Below are positions 51,551 through 59,414 of a stretch of DNA of 64,000 nt, piece by piece. The notes under the pieces were generated by a model. That model worked only from the letters and a program-made list of their open reading frames with translations, was not told where the DNA came from and made no database searches. The stretch spans positions 640,001-704,000 of the forward strand of contig CAXXYE010000004.1 in NCBI GenBank assembly GCA_963674865.2. Direction: 5' to 3'. Both the position numbers and the translations under genes were made by a program. The DNA is from Candidatus Hydrogenedentota bacterium. Lineage in GTDB: Bacteria > Hydrogenedentota > Hydrogenedentia > Hydrogenedentales > SLHB01. The stretch's first letter is position 1; every line of letters starts with the position of its first letter.

Positions 51551-52630
51551 TCAATCCAGCCTGAATACCTTGCCCAGCTTCAGCCGCCGCTCCGCGGGCG
51601 CATACCAGCCCCGCGGGGCGTAATCGGCCGTGTGGAGATAGCACTGCACCATCACCTCATCGCTGCCCTCCACGAAAGTCAGCAACCGGCTCATCGGCAC
51701 GCTCGTCGTGTTCACGTGATACTGCGTAAGCGCCGCGCAGTTGATGAAATGCGTGCCCCATTTCGTCTCGATGTGACCCCGGCCCCCGGTGCCGTCATCC
51801 GGATTCGTATGCGTGTGTCCGCCAAGCCAAAGGGCGGTGGCGCCGGGACGCGCCGCGAGATAGTCCTCAAACACCTGCGCATCCGGCTTCCCGTCAACGA
51901 AATAGAGATACGACGCGCCCTCCGGCCCGCCGTCGGGGAAGTAGCCGTGATAGAAAGGCCGCCAGCCGCCGTCCTCGGACTTCCTGAATCCCTCCCACGG
52001 CCCCGAGGCCACGGTGGTTTCCTTGAGCATGTGGTGATGGGCCGAGACGACAATACAATCGCGATGCCGCTCGACCATCCGCCGCCACCACGCGAACGTC
52101 TCGCCGGACACCGCCCCAGCCGGATAGCCGCCACGCGCCCCACGCCCAACGGGCGGCCCGCCGTCGTTTCTGTCGCTCATCATGAGAAAAAGCACATTGC
52201 CGGCGCTGAACGCGTAGCGCTCCCACGTGCCCTCGATGGGATACGGGCGCCGGACACTATCCACGCCCGAGAAGCCCGTGTGCTCGCCCGCCGGATCCAC
52301 CCATTTCTTGAACCACCATTGACACGGCTCGCCAGGGCCGCTCGCGTCGTGATTCCCCGCCAAGTTGTAGAACTGCTCCCGCCGGTGCAGGCGCGCCGCC
52401 CCGAATTGACGCACCACCTCAGGCCCTTCCGCATCCGTCGGCGGCGTCTGCGTGCCCGACAAGTCGCCGAGGTGCAGCGCGATGTCCCACGCAAAGGGCG
52501 GCGCCCCATCCTCGCCGCCATACTCCGACTGCCGGATGGCCTCCGCCAGACTCTCCCGTCCACCCGCACGCAAGTCCGTGTGGACATGCGCACATCCCAT
52601 CGCCCAAACTCGAAACGGTCTTCCGCTCAT
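51551..52630 (-). CDS. Calcineurin-like metallophosphoesterase
   Basis: CAH, LGDL, AGNHD, AHHH, GGHTH motifs. Confidence 0.85.
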   Translation of the reverse strand: MSGRPFRVWAMGCAHVHTDLRAGGRESLAEAIRQSEYGGEDGAPPFAWDIALHLGDLSGTQTPPTDAEGPEVVRQFGAARLHRREQFYNLAGNHDASGPGEPCQWWFKKWVDPAGEHTGFSGVDSVRRPYPIEGTWERYAFSAGNVLFLMMSDRNDGGPPVGRGARGGYPAGAVSGETFAWWRRMVERHRDCIVVSAHHHMLKETTVASGPWEGFRKSEDGGWRPFYHGYFPDGGPEGASYLYFVDGKPDAQVFEDYLAARPGATALWLGGHTHTNPDDGTGGRGHIETKWGTHFINCAALTQYHVNTTSVPMSRLLTFVEGSDEVMVQCYLHTADYAPRGWYAPAERRLKLGKVFRLD

Positions 52631-52838
52631 AATGCGTCCCGCTCTAATCCTGGAAGCCGACGCCGAAAACGAAGTCGGCCGCATTGTCTACGCTGCCAAA
52701 CACGTGGACTTTCCCTTCATGTATCTTGAGATACTCAAGCGCTCCGGCCATGTTCTCCCCATCATAGCGCCATGAAAGCCACAGAACTCAAGTCCAGACA
52801 GGCTGATAGCGCAGATCTCCCGCAGCGTCCCGAGTAAT

Positions 52839-53126
52839 CCGCCGTAGCGAGCGGCATACTCTCCATGAACCGGGACTGTCCCAAGCGAGTCCGCCGAAGG
52901 CGGGCGAGACGGGACTGTCCCTGGACTTCCGCAGCAGCCCGCCGTAGCGAGCGGCGTACTCTCCATGAACCGGGACTGTCCCAAGCGAGTCCGCCGAAGG
53001 CGGGCGAGACGGGACTGTCCCTGGACTTCCGCAGCAGCCCGCCACGGCGGGCGGCATACTCTAGCCCACGCCGTGAGCCGTGGGGAAAAGCGCCGCCTCC
53101 ATTCATAGCCTCGTCAGAGGCGACAT
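52839..53126. repeat. 100-bp tandem duplication of a GGGACTGTCCC unit plus the three-hairpin tail
   Basis: 52839-52938 and 52939-53038 differ at one base; 53036-53126 is nearly identical to 51391-51482. Confidence 0.92.
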
Positions 53127-53326
53127 AATGCCCCCCCCCTCACAGCCCGACAAATCGCCAAGATCCAACGCGGTGCCTCCGCCGTTCTCCTATCCCTATA
53201 GCGGAGGCCGCATCGCCTGAACGAAGGAACTGTATCTCGAGGGGAGATATTAGTATACTGTGTGGGCGCGGGGGTCGCCTACGATGACAGAGCCGGCCTC
53301 CGGTAGCCAAAGACGGGGGAGATGGT

Positions 53327-54370
53327 ATGTCATTATCGCTCTTGGTTTCGCACTGGCGTCGGCTTCTGCCGGCTGTGCTTGTTGGCCTGATTCTCTGCCT
53401 GGGCGCGGCGCTATTCGTCCTGGATTCCTCGCCTTCGCCGCCCGTTGAGGAGTCGTCTGCCCCGCCCACTCCCGCGCCCCCGGTGGATGCCGCGCCACCT
53501 GCCGTCGAGACTCCCCAGGCAAACGCCGAGACGCCTCAGACATTTCTCAACATCCTCGCCGGGATCCTGGACAAGCCGGAGGCAGCCCAATATCCCTCCG
53601 CGCCATTCTGGGAACTCGTGGAGGACGAGCGGATGTATAAGAAGTTCCAGGGATACCTGGATAGAGATCCCGACGCGCGCGCGAGATGGCAGGCCGAGTG
53701 GGATGAAGCGCAGCGTGAATCCCTCGAGGAATCGCTACGCCACCTGCACGACGAAAACCTCAACTGGTTCGGCCACGCGCTCATGCTCAGTCCGAGCCTG
53801 CGGGAGTTGGACGACTACATCGAACTCCTGGCCGTCAACGCCGTCGAGCCAAGGACGCTCAAGCTCCTGGCCATCGCGGAGAACGGCTCCTCAGCCGAGA
53901 AGCAAGTCCTCTCCGACACCCTCACTCAGTTTTGCCAGGCCTATGCGGATCGGAAGGAGGCCGAAATTCTGGATCCCGTGCCGATCCTTGCCGCGCAACT
54001 CGACCCCGACGGCAGCACGCTATCGACGCTTGTCGCCGCCGCGGAACGGCGGCTCGATGATTGGGACAGGAACCAGCAGCTCAGAGAGGAGCACGAACGC
54101 AAGAACGGCCTTCCTGTGTCCGCCCGGATTCCGCCAACGCACGGTTCCAAAGGCGTCGCCTATGCCGGCAAGACGCTTCTCGATCGCTTTCTCCGCGAGC
54201 CGGAGCTCCGGCAAGGCCTGAATCCCGCCCAACTCGCCCTTCTCCGGCAATACGAGCACTTCACCGAGGACAACGGCCTCACCGGGCCTGAGGATTTCAA
54301 CCTGGATGCCGTCATGCCCCTCATCGACTACGCCCGCCGCCTCCAAGAACTCGCCGACCCCGCCTCATGA
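53327..54370 (+). CDS. Membrane-anchored hypothetical protein, paralog of 27200-28306
   Basis: GGGGGAG RBS, TM, Pro-rich linker; shared blocks YKKF.GYL, EESLRH.HDE, VPILAAQLDPDG, NGLPVS, PLIDYARRL. Confidence 0.85.
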   Translation: MSLSLLVSHWRRLLPAVLVGLILCLGAALFVLDSSPSPPVEESSAPPTPAPPVDAAPPAVETPQANAETPQTFLNILAGILDKPEAAQYPSAPFWELVEDERMYKKFQGYLDRDPDARARWQAEWDEAQRESLEESLRHLHDENLNWFGHALMLSPSLRELDDYIELLAVNAVEPRTLKLLAIAENGSSAEKQVLSDTLTQFCQAYADRKEAEILDPVPILAAQLDPDGSTLSTLVAAAERRLDDWDRNQQLREEHERKNGLPVSARIPPTHGSKGVAYAGKTLLDRFLREPELRQGLNPAQLALLRQYEHFTEDNGLTGPEDFNLDAVMPLIDYARRLQELADPAS

Positions 54371-54407
54371 GCAGGAGCCACCGCCACGGCCGGCGCAGAG
54401 AGCAGGG

Positions 54408-54460
54408 GAGAGGGGACATGTTCCAAGCGCCGTCCCCGACACTCCTACGTGTCCCCCTCC
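54408..54460. repeat. Palindromic repeat; second copy at 58031-58087
   Basis: AGGGGACATGTTCCAAGCGCCGTCCCCGACACTCCTACGTGTCCCC. Confidence 0.75.
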
Positions 54461-57012
54461 ATCAGCAACTCGACCTCATACGGTTCCCGATGGCGTAGGA
54501 TACGCACAATAACGCCGCTCTCCAGCACCCAGAAATCCGTTACGTCCCCCTCGCTTTTCTTGAACCAAGTGCCCGCGTCCGTCAATTGCGTCAGTGTGAG
54601 GTGTTCCGCCTCGAAGGCGCCCGCCGGGACGGCTACGCGCTCCTTACCGGCATGAGACAACCTCACTCGGTATCCCGCCATGGCTTCCCCCGTGCTGCCC
54701 CAGTCATAGGCATCGAATTCCTTCGCTTCTCCCTCCTCCAATGCCATCCCACGCAGCAAGATGTTCGCGACGCAATAGGGGTCGGGCTGCGAGTTGGGCG
54801 CGAAGAGCGCACCCTCCGCCACGGCGATAACTTGGACTTCAGATTCCCCTCCGGTTGACTCACGCCGACTCCGCACTTCGCCGGAGCTTATCTCTATCGC
54901 TTGCTCAACGCCGCGCGTCCCAGCAGGCGCCGCATAGTTGATCGAGTACTTCGTCAACCGATTGGCCTTATCGCCCAGAGCCACATACGTTGTCCCCCCC
55001 AAAGGCAACTGCACGACCGCCGCCATCGCTCCGTCTTCCGCCCGCTTGAGCCAGAGCGCCCCCGGTTCGGCCATCTCTCGCCCTCGATTCCGGTGCCTGT
55101 AGCGTCCCTGGAACACGAGCGTGCCCGGCAGCTCATTCACAGCCGGGATGGGCGCCAACGCGGGAAGTCCCGGCGGCTTTTCCCCCTCATCAGCCTCCGC
55201 CTTCGGCGCGGCTTCGAATCCCCGCTCCTTCAACACCTCGGGCAACACCGCCTGAAGGTATTCCTCAGCGCGACAGATCGCCGAATTGAGTCCCTGCGCC
55301 ACCTCCTCGGGAACGGCTTCGACCTCGACGTCCGGCTCGATACCGTTGAACTCGATAGGCTGCCCGTCATTCCGCCATCGACTCCGAGTCGAGAAGACAA
55401 CGGACGCGATCCCCGACGGGAACTGCCACGTCCGCTTCGAACTCGACGCCCCGGCTGTTCTCGACCCGAACAACCGCGCCGCCGCACCGCGCCTCAAGTC
55501 ACGCGCAAGCGTCTCACCGGCCGACATGCACCCCGCGTCAATCAGCACCGCCACCGGCCGCGGGAGGCTCTCGACGCGTTCGATCAGCGCCTTATCGTAT
55601 CCGCCGCCGCCGTTGCCCCGCAGATCCACAATCCAGCCCCGCGCGTCTGGATACGCCTCGACGGCGCGCGCCATCCCCGGCTCGATGCTTTCATCCACCC
55701 GCCGCAGGTACATGTATCCCGTGCCGCCGGCCAACTTGGTGAAATAGAAGGAGCGGCCATAGCGCGTCAGCCCCTCGGGCAGGTTGTACTGGTGCGGCCA
55801 GCCGCGCGCTACAACGCTGCACGTGAGCGTCATCTCACGTGTCTGCCCCTCGTCAAGATAAGCGATGGTGTGCGTGTCGCCCTGGCCCCCGCGAAGCGGC
55901 ATGCGGAACTCCAACATCCGCGCGCGCTGAGGCCCTGAGCAGAAACTCGTCGCCCACGCCTCCTTCGCACGGGCTTCGAGGTACTGCCGCGCGTCCTCAC
56001 CGTCTATCTCCGCCACAAGCGTGCCCGGAGTCAATTCACCATGGTCATCGGAGCCGTACATCACCACCACCCGGTTGTCCGTCGCGGGCATGAAACTGAT
56101 CCCGGGATAGAACCGCGCCGGCAACGGCGGCGCCTCGACCCGCGCGTCCCGGAGCCACATGTGCGAATCCCGCAAACATCGAATGGCCTCGATCACCAGC
56201 CCGAGGAACTCGCTGTCCGACTCGCATCCGGCCACCCTCGCCGACAAATCCGCCCTGGTGGCCGCCCAATCCTCCCGAATGCCCTTCAAATCAAAGAACG
56301 GATACGTCTTGTCGATCTCCTCGATGAAGGCCGCGAGATCGACCTCATATCCCGAATCCGCTTCCGCGCCCTGCGCCGCATAGATGCGAAATCGGTACCA
56401 CTTCCAGCCGGAGTCCCTGTCGGGGATGGAAACGACAAACGCATTCTCGCTGCGCAATGTGGTGACGGGCTGGCGCCGGTCAATTCCCGCCGCCCCCTGC
56501 ACATCGCTAACGGCTAGCAGCTCGAACGTCAGCTTCTCCACGGCGGACACCTCGAACCGAGCGATTTCCGTGCGATCACGGCATCGCCGATTGTCAGGGA
56601 TGCCCCATCGAGGAAACCATGGAATGCCGTTCAAGTAAGTCGGCTCATCATGGCCTCCGTGAAGTCCCGGCTTGGCCGAACGCCCACCGTCACAAGTCCA
56701 GTAGACGCCCTCCGGCGTCACGTGAAACACCGAGTCCCCATCAATCAGCGCCTCGACAACCAGTCCGTCCCCGCCCTCGCCCATGGCCTCCGTCAGCCCG
56801 GCCAGATCGTCAGGCGATTCAGCCGCCTGCCGCTCCTGCTCCTCCGCAAAACAGAAGTTCCCCACCGAGAAAGCCAGCATGGGGGAGATGGCGAATACAA
56901 AGAAAGCCACCAAGAGCCGCCCATAGCGCAGAGCCGCCGAATGCCGCGGCAACACAACGTAAGTCGGCCGCCGCGCCACAAGATTCACCAGCACATCCGC
57001 CCCGTTGCTCAT
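54445..57012 (-). CDS. Multidomain S41-family peptidase
   Basis: YPFFDLKGI, LRDSH, PDZ-like VAEIDG, VDLRGNGGG, CMSAGE, GIEPDVEV; C-terminal VAVPAGAFEA (DUF3108-like). Start tentative. Confidence 0.8.
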   Translation of the reverse strand: MSNGADVLVNLVARRPTYVVLPRHSAALRYGRLLVAFFVFAISPMLAFSVGNFCFAEEQERQAAESPDDLAGLTEAMGEGGDGLVVEALIDGDSVFHVTPEGVYWTCDGGRSAKPGLHGGHDEPTYLNGIPWFPRWGIPDNRRCRDRTEIARFEVSAVEKLTFELLAVSDVQGAAGIDRRQPVTTLRSENAFVVSIPDRDSGWKWYRFRIYAAQGAEADSGYEVDLAAFIEEIDKTYPFFDLKGIREDWAATRADLSARVAGCESDSEFLGLVIEAIRCLRDSHMWLRDARVEAPPLPARFYPGISFMPATDNRVVVMYGSDDHGELTPGTLVAEIDGEDARQYLEARAKEAWATSFCSGPQRARMLEFRMPLRGGQGDTHTIAYLDEGQTREMTLTCSVVARGWPHQYNLPEGLTRYGRSFYFTKLAGGTGYMYLRRVDESIEPGMARAVEAYPDARGWIVDLRGNGGGGYDKALIERVESLPRPVAVLIDAGCMSAGETLARDLRRGAAARLFGSRTAGASSSKRTWQFPSGIASVVFSTRSRWRNDGQPIEFNGIEPDVEVEAVPEEVAQGLNSAICRAEEYLQAVLPEVLKERGFEAAPKAEADEGEKPPGLPALAPIPAVNELPGTLVFQGRYRHRNRGREMAEPGALWLKRAEDGAMAAVVQLPLGGTTYVALGDKANRLTKYSINYAAPAGTRGVEQAIEISSGEVRSRRESTGGESEVQVIAVAEGALFAPNSQPDPYCVANILLRGMALEEGEAKEFDAYDWGSTGEAMAGYRVRLSHAGKERVAVPAGAFEAEHLTLTQLTDAGTWFKKSEGDVTDFWVLESGVIVRILRHREPYEVELLMEGDT

Positions 57013-57024
57013 GGTGTGCCCCCG

Positions 57025-57383
57025 CTCTTTGCCCACTCGCCACATTCCCAAGAGAACGACTGAGAGTCGCAAAAGCCCCGCCGGTTCCTTGGCCCGAAAC
57101 TCCTTCTATCCCGCGCGAAGCGTTGACGGCTTCTCTTTGCCGCTTTCTGCGTTCTCGCAAGACAACTCCAGCAAAAGGCAACCGTGCCGCCACCTGCGCT
57201 CGAATCCTGCCCTATGGCGCGCGAAGCGCTGGTGGTTTCTCTTTGCCCACTTTCTCTGCTCTCGCAAGAGCAGTCGAAGCAAAGACAGCGCTGCTGGCCC
57301 TGCGCCGGAATCCTGCCCTATAACGCGCGAAGCGCTGATGGTTTCTCTTTGCCTACTTTCTCTTTTTCCAAAGAGAAAGTAGG
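57025..57383. repeat. Degenerate tandem array, period about 106 bp
   Basis: CGCGCGAAGCG at 57112, 57218 and 57324; CTCTTTGCC at 57025, 57133, 57239 and 57345. Confidence 0.8.
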
Positions 57384-57833
57384 TTATACGCGTACCTTCA
57401 CGACGGCTTTCCTTACCGTACACGGCGCTCCGTGGGCGATACACGGCGCATGCGCATCCTGAGGAAACAGCACACAGAAACGTCCCGCCGTCAACACCAA
57501 ATCCGTCGCGCCCGGCGTCAGGCCATAGAACTCGATATCCGGCTTATACGGCTTCGTGACAGTGGTTAGCTCAGGCGTCGGCGCCCAGAGAATCGATTCC
57601 TCCCCGCTCACGAGGTACTGAATATCCGCGAAATCGCGATGCGCCTCGAATTCGTGCCCTTCCGCGGGAGTTGTCTCGAACGTCTGCATCAGGCAGAACA
57701 CATCGTCCCCCTCGATGGCGTACTTACCGTCCGGCAGATTCGGATCCAGCGCCTCCAAGTAGGCAAAAGCCCTGACAAACCGCTCATTCGCCCACTCATA
57801 GTCCTTCCAATTATCCAACGTATCGAGAATCAT
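57384..57833 (-). CDS. YhcH/YjgK/YiaL family protein
   Basis: MILDTL, FEAHRDFADIQY..GEE, FPQDAHAP, RKAVVKV. Confidence 0.92.
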   Translation of the reverse strand: MILDTLDNWKDYEWANERFVRAFAYLEALDPNLPDGKYAIEGDDVFCLMQTFETTPAEGHEFEAHRDFADIQYLVSGEESILWAPTPELTTVTKPYKPDIEFYGLTPGATDLVLTAGRFCVLFPQDAHAPCIAHGAPCTVRKAVVKVRV

Positions 57834-58030
57834 AACCACAACTCCTCTCAGAACGCGCCGATGCCCGCGATTGTAGTGCAATGAACCACTTGGCCATTCT
57901 CCCAGGAACCCCCGCTTCATTCAAGGCACGATGTGGGGGAGAGGGGCCTAGGCTTGAGTCTTGCGGTTTTCATAGCGCGCAGCAGGCCCGGTTTCATGCG
58001 TCGACGCGAGCATTGCGAAACAACAGCAGA

Positions 58031-58087
58031 GGAAAAGGGGACGCGTTCCAAGCGCCGTCCCCGGCGCGACTACGTGTACCCTTTTCC
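58031..58087. repeat. Palindromic repeat, copy of 54408-54460
   Basis: GGAAAAGGGGACGCGTTCCAAGCGCCGTCCCCGGCGCGACTACGTGTACCCTTTTCC. Confidence 0.75.
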
Positions 58088-58145
58088 GGATGAGAGTTCG
58101 GGATATTGCCACAGAAGAACTCACAAGTGCTTTCTGGCCAGACGC

Positions 58146-58808
58146 CTACGGCGTCTCTTCCGCCTGCTCCCCGCTGCCTTCACTCGACACTTCGGCTCGC
58201 ATCTCCACCCCTGTACTCGTGCCCCCGCTGAGCGTCACCCCCGTATCCAACGTGTTGCCAAGGCCCTGTATACGCCCATCCGGCCCCACCGGATAGCGCC
58301 AATGAGGATAGTGCCGCGAATACGTCGGTGTCGTGATGGAGATGTCCGCCACGTTTCGCGTGGCTTTCGCGGCCGCTTCCTCAGCGCGCGTTGCCGCATC
58401 CTCGGCGGCCTTCGCCTTTTCCTCCGCCTTCTCAGCCGCCGTTTCCGCCGCCGCTCGCTCCCGCTCCGCCTGCTCACGCTCAAACGCCAGCCGGCGCAGA
58501 CGCGCCTGCTCCAGCAGCGCACGACGATAATCCTGTTCACGGGCCGCGGCATCACCCGAGAGCCGGTTATCCAGCGCCAGTTCCTCCGGATTCACGCGAT
58601 TGACCCGCCCCCGATGATCCGTCACCTCGAACGGCCCCGTACCCATCCCCGTCAACGTCATCACAGCCTGGCCGGGCGGAGTCTCCGGCGCCTTCTGAGG
58701 CGCCCGGCCCGGCGTTTCCTCCGCCGCAGCCAAACCACAGACAACGGCCAGAATCCCTCCCAAGACCCGAACCGTCCACGGGCGCCCATATCGCGGCTTC
58801 CAACACAT
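58146..58808 (-). CDS. Secreted hypothetical protein with coiled coil
   Basis: Signal-like N-terminus, Ala/Glu/Arg helix; TTGCCG-17-TACAAT promoter at 58869-58841 on the minus strand and GAGGTG RBS. Confidence 0.7.
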   Translation of the reverse strand: MCWKPRYGRPWTVRVLGGILAVVCGLAAAEETPGRAPQKAPETPPGQAVMTLTGMGTGPFEVTDHRGRVNRVNPEELALDNRLSGDAAAREQDYRRALLEQARLRRLAFEREQAERERAAAETAAEKAEEKAKAAEDAATRAEEAAAKATRNVADISITTPTYSRHYPHWRYPVGPDGRIQGLGNTLDTGVTLSGGTSTGVEMRAEVSSEGSGEQAEETP

Positions 58809-59074
58809 GACGCATCACCTCACTCGCGGCCTTCCACTCAATTGTAACCGGCCTCACCCGAACCGGCAAGCGGTGGCCGTAGCGCCGCATGGAAGACCGC
58901 GACCGAATACACGCCGAAAGGCCCTACCCTCACGCCCGCACCGCGTTTGGAGTTCCAGCTTTAGCTGGTGCTATCTCTCTGCGCTCCTCAGCGTTCTCGG
59001 CGACTCTGCGTTCAAATCCCCCCCCAATCCCATGCGCCGCCGCACGCCCCCACATCAATCCCGTCTATCCCGTC

Positions 59075-59111
59075 AAAAAAAAGAGCCGCCACGTCATCAG
59101 ACGCGCGGCTC
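59075..59111 (-). terminator. Intrinsic terminator of tRNA-Leu(AAG)
   Basis: Minus strand GAGCCGC-GCGT-CTGATG-ACGT-G-GCGGCTC followed by T8. Confidence 0.8.
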
Positions 59112-59125
59112 CTAACAATCAAGAA

Positions 59126-59213
59126 TGGTGCCGGGAGCGAGACTCGAACTCGCAAGCCGTATTAGGGCACATGGTCCTTAGCCATGCGTGTATGCCAATT
59201 CCACCATCCCGGC
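59126..59213 (-). tRNA. tRNA-Leu(AAG)
   Basis: GCCGGGA/TCCCGGC acceptor, A73, CCA, GGTGGAATTGGCATACAC D-arm, CATGG-CTAAGGA-CCATG anticodon arm, long variable arm, GCGAG-TTCGAGT-CTCGC T-arm. Confidence 0.95.
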
Positions 59214-59225
59214 CCAAACGCCGGT

Positions 59226-59254
59226 ATTCTACGCATTTGCCCGACCTCGATCAA
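59226..59254 (-). promoter_or_regulatory. Sigma70-type promoter of tRNA-Leu(AAG)
   Basis: TTGATC-17 bp-TAGAAT on the minus strand, 12 bp before the tRNA. Confidence 0.75.
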
Positions 59255-59414
59255 CCACTGCGCTGTGTCGTGCCATCCACGCAGAGATCGCGCCGAAGAC
59301 AGCATCCGAGACAACTCCGGCGGTTGTAGCGGCGGCAGCGAGAGCCACCACTTTGTCACCCAAGTTCACATCTTCAGACACGTCGTCCCAAGGATATGGC
59401 ATCTTGCTCGTCAT
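59229..59414 (-). CDS. Small hypothetical protein (61 aa)
   Basis: ATGA overlap with the upstream stop and GGAGGTG RBS. Confidence 0.4.
   Translation of the reverse strand: MTSKMPYPWDDVSEDVNLGDKVVALAAAATTAGVVSDAVFGAISAWMARHSAVVDRGRANA

Noticed and set aside
52788..52790. Selenocysteine readthrough of the in-frame TGA
   Set aside because: No redox motif context, no convincing SECIS, and the upstream part of the frame is repeat DNA.
51029..53126. CRISPR array
   Set aside because: Units are long and irregularly spaced, the intervening sequences are homologous rather than unique, and there are no cas genes.
57025..57383. CRISPR array with 106-bp period
   Set aside because: Repeats are degenerate and the putative spacers resemble each other.
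53036..59125. Integron cassette array
   Set aside because: No RYYYAAC...GTTRRRY attC boxes recognised, genes are in mixed orientation with their own promoters, and there is no intI.
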